DNA of 51,058 bases. Source: Myxococcota bacterium (GTDB taxonomy: Bacteria; Myxococcota_A; UBA796). Below the pieces are notes generated by a model that saw only the letters and a program-made list of their open reading frames with translations, did not search any database and was not told where the DNA came from. Both the position numbers and the translations under genes were made by a program. Every line of letters starts with the position of its first letter. Position 1 is the first letter of the stretch. Shown here one piece after another: positions 35,559-45,744 of this stretch. The stretch lies in the NCBI GenBank assembly GCA_038520555.1, contig JBCBLB010000002.1, positions 1 to 51,058 on the forward strand. The letters are read 5' to 3'.

Positions 35559-35860
35559 TCAAATCTTTTCCGCAACTCGTCGGCCCACGCTCTCCCACAC
35601 CGCTGCCGCCGCCCGCACCTCTCCCGTTTGCGCTGCCACGCTGGTAAGGCGACACCATGTTGGGCGAAGACCGCAGGCGACGGCGTTCCTGGGGCTGGTC
35701 GTCGGCCGACCGTGACGACCGGCGGGTTGTGCTCCAGAAGCCACAGCGCTTCGTCGGCTTCGCCCTGGATGACCTGCTCGCGGCGGGCGGCCTGGCGGTC
35801 GAGCATGGCCTGATACGCCTGTGTCCCCAGCCACTTCGGCTCAATCGTGGTTGAAGACAT
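35559..35860 (-). pseudogene. lipB: lipB (octanoyltransferase) with internal deletion and frame change
   Basis: N-terminal WLG...Y...Q...LWLLEHNPPVVTVGRR present; RGG/TYHGPGQ core absent; LipB-like C-terminus LTSVAAQTG...KI in another frame. Confidence 0.7.
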
Positions 35861-37130
35861 CGCTGTCGAAGTAGGTCTGGAGCCACTCCGCGCCGAGGAC
35901 GCTGAGGATGGCGGTGATGGGGATGGCGAGGAGCATCCCCCAGATCCCCATCAGGCTGCCGCCGACGATGAGGGCGACCATGACCACCAGCGGGGACAGC
36001 CCGACCTGATCGCCGACGATCTTGGGGGTGAGGACGTAGCCTTCGAAGGTCTGAACGATCACAAACACGAGCATCGTCCAGACCAGGTTCATGCTGACCC
36101 CGAACTTCATGATGGACAGGATCCCTGCCAACACGACGCCGATCGCGGTGCCCAGGTAGGGGATGATGAACAACACCCCAGACAGCACCCCGACGGGCAC
36201 GGCCAGATCGATGTTCACGATGAGCAGGCCGGCGCTATAGAGCACAGCGAGCGCCAGGCTGACGGTGATCTGGCCCCGAACGAACGCGGCGAGGCGGGCG
36301 TCCACCTCGGTCATGACGCGGGTGACCCTCGGCCGAAACCGGAGCGGAATGAGCGAGCCCACGGAGGCCACGATCTCATCCCAGTCCCGGAGCAGATAGA
36401 AGATGAACACCGGCATCAGGGCGATGTTGATGCCTGCGGTGATGATGTCCATGCCCCGCACGAACAGCCCCTGCCCGGTGCTGAAGGCCACATCGCGGAT
36501 CTGGCCGGCGTACTCTTGAACCAGGGGGACGAACCGCTTCAGATCATCGAGCCCATCGGCGAAGTTGGGATGCAAATCCCAGCCGGTCAGCGCCTCGATC
36601 TGGGTGAGCAGCGGATCGATCTCCTGGTCGAGGTTCTGGAAGAACGGGGCGACTTCGTTGGCGAAGTTGACGCCCTGGTTGACAAAGGAGGGCACGATCA
36701 GCAGAAAGAAGAGCAGCGTAGAGACGATGAGAGCGGTAAACACGAGACCGATGGCGCCTTCTCGGGAGAACCGATGGTCTTCGAGCCAGTCGACGACCGG
36801 GTCGAGGACGTAGGCGATCCCGGCGCTGCCGGCGAGGACGGCGAGAACCGGCCGAAGCAGCCAGAGCAGAGCGAGGCCAACGATCACAAAGGTCGAGCCC
36901 CACAACATCTGCCGAAGGAGGGTGCTCTGCGTCGTGCGCGCCCGAGAGCGGAGCGCGTCGACGACCTCACCGAGGGGCCGGGTCCGAAGCGCCGATCGCC
37001 GCCGTCTTCGGGCGCCGGGGGTGGCGGAGCTGCTGTGGGTTCGTCGTTGAATCACCGGTCTTCCTGAAAAGAGGTCGTCATTGTATGACGATGACGACGT
37101 TGCCTGTATTGGCGACGGCGTCCAGGGCAC
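35841..37130 (-). CDS. AI-2E family transporter (true start probably downstream of 37130)
   Basis: IAYVLDPVVDWLE, FYLLRDW, FVRGQ, IIPYLG, EGYVLTPKIVGDQVGLSP, GMLLAIP. Confidence 0.92.
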   Translation of the reverse strand: MPWTPSPIQATSSSSYNDDLFSGRPVIQRRTHSSSATPGARRRRRSALRTRPLGEVVDALRSRARTTQSTLLRQMLWGSTFVIVGLALLWLLRPVLAVLAGSAGIAYVLDPVVDWLEDHRFSREGAIGLVFTALIVSTLLFFLLIVPSFVNQGVNFANEVAPFFQNLDQEIDPLLTQIEALTGWDLHPNFADGLDDLKRFVPLVQEYAGQIRDVAFSTGQGLFVRGMDIITAGINIALMPVFIFYLLRDWDEIVASVGSLIPLRFRPRVTRVMTEVDARLAAFVRGQITVSLALAVLYSAGLLIVNIDLAVPVGVLSGVLFIIPYLGTAIGVVLAGILSIMKFGVSMNLVWTMLVFVIVQTFEGYVLTPKIVGDQVGLSPLVVMVALIVGGSLMGIWGMLLAIPITAILSVLGAEWLQTYFDSDVFNHD

Positions 37131-37893
37131 CGCTCTGGGTGAGCCTTGCGCTCGTTTGTGGCGACAGGATCAGCGCGCCGCTGTCTTCATCGACGCGTTC
37201 GGCGCGGACCAGGACCGGGTTGTCGCCCGCGCGGGCGGCGGCGCGCGGATCTGCCGGATCGGTCACATAGAGCACCGGAGCCCGGCGGCGGGCCGCCTCC
37301 TCGCTAAAGTCTTGCGCCTGCATCAGCGGGCCAGACGGCCCCGCGACCACCGGGCTGATGCTCAGCGGCATCGCCAGCCCCCGGGCGTCGATGACCAGTC
37401 CGGTCGCCTGGGCGCCCTCCAGCGACAGCTGCCCCGCCTCGGTCGACATGCTCGCCAGGGCCGGCCACAGCCAGGTCCGAAGATCCAGGGTGCCGACCAG
37501 CTCGACCCCTCCCCGATTGTGGTAGCGGGTCTCCTCGACGCTCCAGCGCCGCAGCCCTGCGGTCAGCCGATCGCCCAGATCCCCGCCATCATCGATGAGC
37601 TCGCCGGCCGTCACCGTGGGTGTGACGGGAACCTTGCGGGCGATGGCGGTGATCTGGCGGTTGAGCCGATCGAGCGCGTCCTGCTCCTGGAGCTTGCGGT
37701 CCTGCCATGCACCTCGCGATAGCTGGCTTTTGACAACAACTTCCAGCTTCAGGGTGCTCCAGTCGATGGTCCCACCGCTGACCCGCTGGACAACCGGCGG
37801 GGTGATCGGCGGGGTGATCGGCGGGTCGGCGTGGCCGATGGAGCCAAGCGGCGGCCCCAAAAGCGCAAAGAGCCCGAACATCACGACCTCCAA
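37078..37893 (-). CDS. Exported hypothetical protein
   Basis: Hydrophobic N-terminus; TGLVIDARGL motif; adjacent to the dnaE stop. Confidence 0.7.
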   Translation of the reverse strand: MEVVMFGLFALLGPPLGSIGHADPPITPPITPPVVQRVSGGTIDWSTLKLEVVVKSQLSRGAWQDRKLQEQDALDRLNRQITAIARKVPVTPTVTAGELIDDGGDLGDRLTAGLRRWSVEETRYHNRGGVELVGTLDLRTWLWPALASMSTEAGQLSLEGAQATGLVIDARGLAMPLSISPVVAGPSGPLMQAQDFSEEAARRRAPVLYVTDPADPRAAARAGDNPVLVRAERVDEDSGALILSPQTSARLTQSGALDAVANTGNVVIVIQ

Positions 37894-40800
37894 TCAGCGA
37901 AGCTGGGGGACATCCGAGCGCCGGAACAGCGTCTCCAGCCCCTGCATGAAGTCCTCATCGGGGACCACCCGGATGCTATCCGGAAGGACGATGCGTGCGC
38001 GAACATCATCGGGGTACCGGAGCATCAGCTTGACCGGGCACCGCCCCTGGCTGCCCTTGAGCAGCGCTTTGAGCTTCACCAGCCGCTCATGGTTGATCTC
38101 ATCGGGCTCAAGCACCAGCTGCACCTCGCGGGTGCGGCGCTCACGAACCTCCGCGAGCAGCTCGATGCTCTCGGCGAGGATCTTGGCGCCCTCTGGTTTC
38201 TTTTCGAGCTTTCCATGGATGATGAGGGGCTGCCCGGAGCCCAGCGCCCGCTGGCTCCGGGCGTAGGGATCGGGGAAGAAGACACACTCGACGCCGCCGG
38301 TCTCATCTTCGAGGTTGGCGAAGGCCATCTTGGAGCCCTTCTTGGTGGTGATGGGCTTATACGAGGTGACCATCCCTGCGACGACGACCGTAGACTCGTT
38401 GGACTGCTCACCCAGCCGGTCGACCTTACAGGTGGTGACGCGGGGGACGATGTCCTGGAAGGCTTCGAGGGGGTGTCCGGTGATGAACAGCCCGAGCGCT
38501 TCACGCTCGCGGGACAGCTTCTGTGCGATCGGCCACTCGCCGGTGTCGGGCAGCTGCAGCTTGGGCGGCGCGACCGACGCCGGCATCAACCCGAACAGGC
38601 TGGTCTGCCCGGCGGCCTTGTCATCCTGAATCTGCTGGGCGGTCTTGATGGCACCGGCCAGTCCTTCGAGCATCGCCCGCCGGGGGTTGCCGGTCCAGTC
38701 GAAGGCCCCGCACTTGATCATGTTCTCCAGGACCTTTTTGTTGACCCGCTTGTAGTCGAGCCGCTCCAGGCAGTCCATGAACGAGGAGAACGCCCCGCCG
38801 GCGTCCGCGCGGGCTTCCATGACTGCGTTGATGGCGTTGGCGCCGACGCCCTTGATGGCAGACAGGCCGAAGCGGATGGTCCGGCGGCTGTCGGCGGGGA
38901 CGTTGAAGTTTCCGAGCGACGCGTTGGCATCGGGGGGCAGGATCTCGATGCCTGCGCGCTTGCAGTCGCCGAGGTAGGGCAGAACCTTGTCCTCGGTCTT
39001 GTCGGCCTCGATGGTCATCAGGGCGGCCATAAACTCAGCCCGATGGTGGGTCTTGAGCCATGCGGTCTGGTAGCTGACGAGCCCATAGGCGGCGGAGTGC
39101 GCCCGGTTGAAGCCATAGCCGGCGAAGTAGGCGAGCAGATCGAAGACGTCGGCGGCGAGCTGCTTGTCGTAGCCCTTCTTCTGGGCCCCCTCGACGAAGA
39201 TGATCTTCTGCTCGGCCATGACCTCGACCTTCTTCTTGCCCATCGCCCGGCGGAGCTTGTCGGCGCCGCCGAGCGAGTAGCCGGCCATCTCCTGGGCGAT
39301 CTTCATGACCTGCTCCTGATAGACGATGGAGCCATAGGTGTTCTTGAGGATCGGTTCGAGGTCGGGGTGGGGATACTCGATCTGCTTGCGGCCGTGCTTA
39401 CAGTCGATGAAGTTGTCGACCATGCCCGAAGAGAGCGGGCCGGGCCGGTACAGGGCGAGCAGGGCGATGAGGTCGTCGATGTTGCTGGGCTTGAGCCGGG
39501 TGAGCAGCTCGCGCATGCCGGACGACTCGACCTGGAAGACCCCCAGCCCGTCGCCCTTCTGCAGAAGCGTATACGTCTCTTCGTCGGCGATGTCGATCTT
39601 GCTCATGTCGATCGTTTCGCCGGTATTCCGCTCGATCATTTTGACCGCGTCGCGGATCTGGTCGAGGGTCTTCAGACCGAGGAAGTCGAACTTGATGAGG
39701 CCGACCTCTTCCGAGGACTTCATGTCATACTGAACGACGGGCCCGCCCTTGGGGCCATCTCGATACATCGGCGCGTGCTCGACGAGCGGTCGGTCGGCGA
39801 TGATGACGCCAGCGGCGTGGACGCCGGTCTGCCGGGTCATCCCCTCGATGCGGAGGGCGAGCCTGGCGACGCGCCCGACCAGGGGGTCGCCGTTGGCCAG
39901 GGCGTCGAACCGCTCCTCCTTCAGGGCGTCCTTCAGCTTGATGTTGAGGACCTTCGGCACCTGCTTGGCGATATAGTCGGCCGCGGTGAATTCGAGGCCG
40001 AGGACCCGGCTGACGTCCTTGAGCGCTGCCTTGGCCTGCAGCTTGCCATAGGTGATGATCTGGCTGACCAGATCGCGGCCATACTTCTGGCGGACGTGCT
40101 CGATGGCTTCTTCGCGGCGGTCCTGGCAGAAGTCGATGTCGATGTCCGGCATCGTGACGCGCTCAGGGTTCAAAAACCGCTCGAAGATGAGCTTATACCG
40201 GATGGGATCGATGTCCGTGATCCGCATCACATAGGCGACCAGGCTCCCGGCGGCGGAGCCACGGCCCGGGCCGACCGGGATCTCGTTGTCTTTCGACCAG
40301 TTGATGAACTCGGCGACGATGAGCATATAGGCGGGAAATCCCATCTGCTCGATGATGCCGATCTCATACTTGAGCAGGTCCCAGTACTGAGGGTGGTCAT
40401 CTCTGGGAATGCCGTCGTCTTCGAGGCGTGCGATCAGCCCGATGCGGCAGTACCACTCGAAGTAGCCGTTGATGTTGCCGCCCCCTTCGACGCGCGGGGG
40501 GACCGGCTCGCCCTTGTCGGGGTTGGGCATGCCGAACCGGGCCGGCGGCGGGAAGGCGCGGTAGAAGTAGTCCCAGTTGGCGTCGGTATCCGCGCGTTCG
40601 TCTTTGGACGGATCGGGATCTGGCGGATCGGTGGCGGGGAAGAAGTACGGCGGCGCGGTCTTGTAGACGAACTCGCACCGCTCGGCGATCTCAACGGTGC
40701 GGTCGATGGCATCTTGATCGTCGGGGAACAGCGCCCGCATCTGTTCTTCGGTCTTAAAATACTGCTGGTCGGTGGGGAGCATGGCTCGATCGGGCGAATC

Positions 40801-41490
40801 GACCAGATCCCCCCGAGAGATGCAGTTGAGCAGATCCAGGGTAACCGCCTGGGCGGGCTTCAGATAGCGGACATCGTTGGTGACCACGGTCTTCAGCCCG
40901 AGGCGCTTCGCGAGCCGGCGGGCGCGCTCGTTGGCCTCGATCTGTCCGGGGAAGCCGTTGTCCTGCAGCTCGACGAACAGGTGCTGCTCGCCGAACATCT
41001 CAGCGAGCCGGGTGAGGTTGTCGTGGGCGACCTGTTCGGGATCGGGCTGCTTGCGTCCCCGATGCAGCGGACCGTTGAGCCCGTTGGTGAGGACCATCAG
41101 GCCTTCTTTGTGCTTGTCCAGGAGGGCATAGTCGATCCGGGGCCGGTAGTGCATCCCATCGAAGATGGCGGTGGTGATGAGCTGACAGAGGTTCTGATAT
41201 CCGGTGCGATTCTCGATGAGGAAGACGAGGTTCCACCCCGCATCGGGCTGCTCCGCGCGGAGAGTCTCCAGGCCGGGCGGCCACATCCAGATCTCCGCAC
41301 CATAGATGGCTTTGATCCCTTTCTTCTTGGCATACTTGTATAGCTCCACGCCGCCATAGAGGTTGCAGGTGTCGGTCATCGCGACCGCGGGCATCTCCAG
41401 CTCGGCGGCGCGCCCGCAGAGTTCGGCGGGGCTGACGGCGCCGTCGAGGATGCTGTACTGGGTTCGATTGTGAAGGTGTACGAAAGCCAT
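37894..41490 (-). CDS. dnaE: DNA polymerase III alpha subunit
   Basis: GPGRGSAAGS, FERFLNPERVTMPDIDIDF, HAAGV, KFDFLGLKTL, YGFNRAHSAAY, OB domain. Confidence 0.99.
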   Translation of the reverse strand: MAFVHLHNRTQYSILDGAVSPAELCGRAAELEMPAVAMTDTCNLYGGVELYKYAKKKGIKAIYGAEIWMWPPGLETLRAEQPDAGWNLVFLIENRTGYQNLCQLITTAIFDGMHYRPRIDYALLDKHKEGLMVLTNGLNGPLHRGRKQPDPEQVAHDNLTRLAEMFGEQHLFVELQDNGFPGQIEANERARRLAKRLGLKTVVTNDVRYLKPAQAVTLDLLNCISRGDLVDSPDRAMLPTDQQYFKTEEQMRALFPDDQDAIDRTVEIAERCEFVYKTAPPYFFPATDPPDPDPSKDERADTDANWDYFYRAFPPPARFGMPNPDKGEPVPPRVEGGGNINGYFEWYCRIGLIARLEDDGIPRDDHPQYWDLLKYEIGIIEQMGFPAYMLIVAEFINWSKDNEIPVGPGRGSAAGSLVAYVMRITDIDPIRYKLIFERFLNPERVTMPDIDIDFCQDRREEAIEHVRQKYGRDLVSQIITYGKLQAKAALKDVSRVLGLEFTAADYIAKQVPKVLNIKLKDALKEERFDALANGDPLVGRVARLALRIEGMTRQTGVHAAGVIIADRPLVEHAPMYRDGPKGGPVVQYDMKSSEEVGLIKFDFLGLKTLDQIRDAVKMIERNTGETIDMSKIDIADEETYTLLQKGDGLGVFQVESSGMRELLTRLKPSNIDDLIALLALYRPGPLSSGMVDNFIDCKHGRKQIEYPHPDLEPILKNTYGSIVYQEQVMKIAQEMAGYSLGGADKLRRAMGKKKVEVMAEQKIIFVEGAQKKGYDKQLAADVFDLLAYFAGYGFNRAHSAAYGLVSYQTAWLKTHHRAEFMAALMTIEADKTEDKVLPYLGDCKRAGIEILPPDANASLGNFNVPADSRRTIRFGLSAIKGVGANAINAVMEARADAGGAFSSFMDCLERLDYKRVNKKVLENMIKCGAFDWTGNPRRAMLEGLAGAIKTAQQIQDDKAAGQTSLFGLMPASVAPPKLQLPDTGEWPIAQKLSREREALGLFITGHPLEAFQDIVPRVTTCKVDRLGEQSNESTVVVAGMVTSYKPITTKKGSKMAFANLEDETGGVECVFFPDPYARSQRALGSGQPLIIHGKLEKKPEGAKILAESIELLAEVRERRTREVQLVLEPDEINHERLVKLKALLKGSQGRCPVKLMLRYPDDVRARIVLPDSIRVVPDEDFMQGLETLFRRSDVPQLR

Positions 41491-41598
41491 GGAGGGACCG
41501 GGTTGAGGACGCAGAAGGAGCGGACGCAGACAGCGTGGTGGGACAGAACGGAGAGGAGTTCAAGCTATCGTGTCGCCGACTTGAGATAAAGGGGCCAC

Positions 41599-42726
41599 GT
41601 GAACCGCTCCCCTTCTCTGCCTTACCTCGCCGCCGTGAGCGCTGCCTCGTTGGCGGTGGCGGGAGCGGTGGTTCCGTATATGGCGCTGGAGCTGAGGACC
41701 CGCGGCCTGTCCGGCGCCCCGATGATCCTGGCGATGGCTGCGCTGCCCACCGGCCGCCTGCTCGCCGGGCCGCTGTGGAGCGTGCTCGCCGACCTCACCC
41801 GGGCCCAGCGCTGGCTGCTGCGCATCGCCGCTGTCCTTGCGATCATCGGCCTCTCGCTGGTGCCGCAGGTGGGCCGCTTCTGGGCGCCCCTGGCGGTGCT
41901 GCTGTATTCGGTGGGCCGGGCGCCGATGACGCCTCTCCTCGATGCGCTCACCTTAAACGCCCTCGACGGCGATCGGGGACGGTATGGTCGGATTCGCCGC
42001 TGGGGCTCGGCGGGGTTTCTGCTGTCCAGCCTTCTGGTGCCGGTGCTGGTCCAGCAGCTCGGCCTGGAGCAGCTGACGCCTGGTTTTTTCCTCTGTGTGC
42101 TGGTGTTGATGATGGTCTGGTGGCTGCCCGAGGGCTCCCCCCCACCCAAGCTGCCGCTCGGACCGGCGCTCCGAGCGCTTGGCCGGGACGGACCGATGCG
42201 CTGGATCCTGGCCGCCGCGGCGCTTCACTTCTCGGCACACGTGGGAACCAACAGTCACCTTGCGGTGCATATGCGATCCCTCGACGCTCCCGACACCCTC
42301 GTCGGGGTCGCGCTGGCCCTGGGCGTCGCCGTCGAGATCGGCGTGATGAGCGCGGGGAAGTGGTGGCTGGAGACCTTCCGGCCCGACCGCCTGTTCCTCA
42401 TCGCCATCGCCGCGGCCATCGCGCGGTGGGCCCTCGCATCGGTGGCCACGGAGGGATGGCACCTGGTCCTCATCCAGCTCAGCCATGGCTTCACCTTCGG
42501 CGCCTTCTGGATCGCCGCGGTCTCGCTCGTCTCTGAGCGGGCGGCGCCCGCGGTGGCCACCTCAGCGCAGGGGATGCTCGCCGCTGCCGTCGGCGGCGTC
42601 GGTGCGCTCATCGGGATGGCTGGCGCGAGCACCATCGCCGACATCGCAGATACGCGGGCCATCTTCGTCTGCGCCATCTTCCTCGCCGTCGGCGCGACGC
42701 TGTGCGCCCTCAACGTCCAGCGATGA
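41599..42726 (+). CDS. MFS transporter (HcaT/MFS_1-like)
   Basis: Multiple TM segments; YGRIRRWGSAGF, QLSHGFTFGAF. Confidence 0.88.
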   Translation: MNRSPSLPYLAAVSAASLAVAGAVVPYMALELRTRGLSGAPMILAMAALPTGRLLAGPLWSVLADLTRAQRWLLRIAAVLAIIGLSLVPQVGRFWAPLAVLLYSVGRAPMTPLLDALTLNALDGDRGRYGRIRRWGSAGFLLSSLLVPVLVQQLGLEQLTPGFFLCVLVLMMVWWLPEGSPPPKLPLGPALRALGRDGPMRWILAAAALHFSAHVGTNSHLAVHMRSLDAPDTLVGVALALGVAVEIGVMSAGKWWLETFRPDRLFLIAIAAAIARWALASVATEGWHLVLIQLSHGFTFGAFWIAAVSLVSERAAPAVATSAQGMLAAAVGGVGALIGMAGASTIADIADTRAIFVCAIFLAVGATLCALNVQR

Positions 42727-43406
42727 CCGTGCTCCTTGGCGAAACCGACCGTTGGCTGTTTTTAAACAAGCCCGCCGGCCTGTCGGTCTTTCCCCTGCAC
42801 AACCACCCGGACAGCGACTGCCTGCTCGCGCGGCTGCGCCTCGCCATGCCGCAGCAGCACCGTTCGGATTGGCCCCGGGGCTTCGAAGGCGGAATCGCCC
42901 ATCGGCTGGACATCCCCACATCGGGGCTGGTCATCGCCGCCAGGACCCCCGACGATCTGTCTGTCCTGCGCACGTGGTTCTCTTTGCGACGGCTCACCAA
43001 GACGTATCAGCTGCTCACCGCGCGGGATGTCGCCTGGGATAGCCGCGAGCTGAGCGTAGAGATCGGGCACGATAAGCGTCGAAAGAAGCGGATGATCGTC
43101 CGAAGGGGCAAGAACACGCCGCACCGGGGGCGGTGGTATTCTGCGCAGACCGCGTTTCGGCGGCTGGGTCGATGCGGGCCATTGTGGTGCTGGGAGGCCA
43201 TCATGCACACCGGGGTGACCCATCAGATCCGGGCCCACGCCGGCTTCGCCGGCCTCGCCCTGGTCGGCGATCGGTTGTATGGCGGGGGGGACACGCCCGC
43301 GCCTTTCCCCGTGCCGTTCGCCCTCCATCACGTCCAGCTGACCGGCCCCGGGATCCGCCCTCCGTCGGCGCCGCTGCCCGATTGGTGGCCGGCACCATCC
43401 CCCTGA
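42723..43406 (+). CDS. RluA-family pseudouridine synthase
   Basis: NKPAGL, HRLDIPTSGL, TGVTHQIRAH, GDRLYG. Confidence 0.92.
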   Translation: MTVLLGETDRWLFLNKPAGLSVFPLHNHPDSDCLLARLRLAMPQQHRSDWPRGFEGGIAHRLDIPTSGLVIAARTPDDLSVLRTWFSLRRLTKTYQLLTARDVAWDSRELSVEIGHDKRRKKRMIVRRGKNTPHRGRWYSAQTAFRRLGRCGPLWCWEAIMHTGVTHQIRAHAGFAGLALVGDRLYGGGDTPAPFPVPFALHHVQLTGPGIRPPSAPLPDWWPAPSP

Positions 43407-43503
43407 CGAGATGGGTTGAACGCCGGTTGTGAAGATGTATAAAAGTCTGCGGGCATCGGATGAGTAGACTGGAGGCGCTTCAAATTTCCACGCGGAGATT
43501 CCC

Positions 43504-45744
43504 TTGCGCTCAGCTCTGATTTGTTTGCTGATCTCTGGCGGCCTGACGGCCTGTGACGACGCCAACGGGCCAAGCCGGCCCAGCGACGACGCGAGAGCAG
43601 AAGACTCGGCGGTCATCACGTCGCGCTGTGGGGACGCCGCTGGCACGCTCCCAGAGGGGCTCATCGAGCTGAGCTGGGACGATGGCCAGGGCTTCAGCGA
43701 CATCGCCCAACAAGACTTCTCGGTCGTCGGGAACTCTCTCCAGGACAACCCCATCCATGAGGCGGTGCGGTTCGAGCTGGAGCACCCGGCGCGAATCCAT
43801 GGCTTCTCGGTCCAGTATGGCACGCTCCCCGCGAGCGGAGCCGTCGCTGCGGGGCTGTACCCTGACTTTGGCCACAACGGCTTCGACTTCTGGCAGTGGG
43901 ATCCGCTGTGGAGCGGCGATCACTGCGCCGAAGACCTTTCCGCGGGCGAGTGGGTCACCTACGTCTTCGACGCCCCCGTCGAGGTCCCCCACCCCGAGCT
44001 CGTCTATGTCGCGCACCGCCGCGAGGCCGGCCCGGACGACGCCGCCTGGTCGTTCGACGGGACGATCATCTCTGAGAGCTGCGAGCGGTTCGACGACTGC
44101 CACTCTGCGATCAACCTGCCCGAGCTGACCCAGTACACGGTCGGCGGGGCGGTCTACTACGCCTACAACGGCCTGAGCTTCAGCTTCGCCCAGGATTTTC
44201 TGGTCCGCCTTCACGTCGAGTACACCGACGACGTCGTCCCGGAAGAGCGGATCTTCCAGAAGGTCGACGGCATCACTCCCTCCAGCCGACAGTCCTGGGC
44301 CGACTACGACAACGACGGCTTCGACGACATGTTCGGCAACGGCGCGACCCTGTGGCGCAACCAGGGCGACGGCACCTTCATCGACGCCTCTGCGCAGGCC
44401 GGGCTCCTCGACATCGGGCTGGCCGCCCACGGCGGGGTCTGGGGCGACTACGACAACGACGGCTGCATCGACCTGCTCGCCTTCGCCGAGAGCGGCACCG
44501 TCTCGGAGACCTTGCTCCAGAACAACTGCGACGGCACCTTCACCGACGTCACCACAAGCTCGCGGATCTCTGACGCGCAGAGCTACAACGCGTGCGCCAA
44601 CCGGGGCTACACCGTCTCCCCGACCCCAGCCGCGGCGTGGTGGGACATCGACGGCGACGGCTTGCTGGACTTGTATCTGAGCAACTTCATCTGCTGGGAC
44701 GACTACTCGTACTACCAGGACAAGGTCTTCCACAACAACGGGGACGGGACCTTCGTCCGGATCGCGGAGGAGCGGGGCTTCACCGATGAGCCCCTCGCCG
44801 GGCGGGGCGCGACGCCCATCGACCACGACCAGGACGGCGACGTTGATCTGCTGGTCAACAACTACGTCCTCCACCAGAACCTGTTCTATGACAACCAGGG
44901 CGACGGGACGGTCCTGGAGTCCGCCGCGGATCGGAACCTCGACGGCAACCCCGATCTGTTCGGCACCACGACCTACTACGGCCACACCATCGGCGCCGCA
45001 TGGGGAGACATCGACAACGACGGCGACTTCGACGTGGTCCAGGCCAACCTCGCCCACCCGCGGTTCTTCGACTTCTCCGACAAGACCCAGGTGCTCCTCA
45101 ACGACGGGAGCGGAACCTACACCGACATCCAGGGCGACTGGCGCGCTCCGGTGGCCGACACCGGCCTCCGGTTCCAGGAGACCCACTCGGTGCCCGTCCT
45201 GGGCGACTTCGACAACGACGGGCACCTGGATCTGACCATCAGCGCCGTCTACGACGGCCGCCCCACTGACTTCTACTGGGGCAACGGCGACGGCTCCTTC
45301 ACCCTGGACAGCTACCACGCCGGCATCACCCGGGAAGGCGGCTGGGGCATGGCCGCCGTCGACTTCGACAACGACGGCGACCTGGATCTGTCGACCAACG
45401 GCCACGTCTTCGAGAACACCCTGTCGGAGGACGCGCGGGGCGCGTGGCTTCAGATCAAACCGGTGGGCAACGTCGCGAGCAACTGGGCAGCCATCGGCGC
45501 CACGGTCCGGGTCTACGCCGGCGGCGCCGTCTGGCTGCGGCACATCTCGGGCGGCTCAGGGCAGGGCAGCCAGGACAGCCTCACCGCCCACGTCGGCCTG
45601 GGCGACCTCTCGGCCGTCTCCGCCGTCGAGGTCGACTTCCCCGGCGGCGGCACCGTCCGCTACGACGGCCCCTTCGACACCAACCAGCGGCTGTGGCTGC
45701 TCGAAGACGGCCAGGTCGCTTCGGGATGGACCCTCGACCGCTGA
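43504..45744 (+). CDS. CRTAC1-like lipoprotein with FG-GAP/VCBS repeats and C-terminal ASPIC/UnbV domain
   Basis: LTAC lipobox; repeated DxDNDGxxDL and NxGDGTF; AIGATVRV...HVGLG. Confidence 0.9.
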   Translation: MRSALICLLISGGLTACDDANGPSRPSDDARAEDSAVITSRCGDAAGTLPEGLIELSWDDGQGFSDIAQQDFSVVGNSLQDNPIHEAVRFELEHPARIHGFSVQYGTLPASGAVAAGLYPDFGHNGFDFWQWDPLWSGDHCAEDLSAGEWVTYVFDAPVEVPHPELVYVAHRREAGPDDAAWSFDGTIISESCERFDDCHSAINLPELTQYTVGGAVYYAYNGLSFSFAQDFLVRLHVEYTDDVVPEERIFQKVDGITPSSRQSWADYDNDGFDDMFGNGATLWRNQGDGTFIDASAQAGLLDIGLAAHGGVWGDYDNDGCIDLLAFAESGTVSETLLQNNCDGTFTDVTTSSRISDAQSYNACANRGYTVSPTPAAAWWDIDGDGLLDLYLSNFICWDDYSYYQDKVFHNNGDGTFVRIAEERGFTDEPLAGRGATPIDHDQDGDVDLLVNNYVLHQNLFYDNQGDGTVLESAADRNLDGNPDLFGTTTYYGHTIGAAWGDIDNDGDFDVVQANLAHPRFFDFSDKTQVLLNDGSGTYTDIQGDWRAPVADTGLRFQETHSVPVLGDFDNDGHLDLTISAVYDGRPTDFYWGNGDGSFTLDSYHAGITREGGWGMAAVDFDNDGDLDLSTNGHVFENTLSEDARGAWLQIKPVGNVASNWAAIGATVRVYAGGAVWLRHISGGSGQGSQDSLTAHVGLGDLSAVSAVEVDFPGGGTVRYDGPFDTNQRLWLLEDGQVASGWTLDR

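Noticed and set aside
40440-40660. Intein in dnaE
   Set aside because: Insertion is only ~50 aa and lacks C/S...HN termini
37831-41343. 1170-aa plus-strand ORF
   Set aside because: Antisense shadow of dnaE
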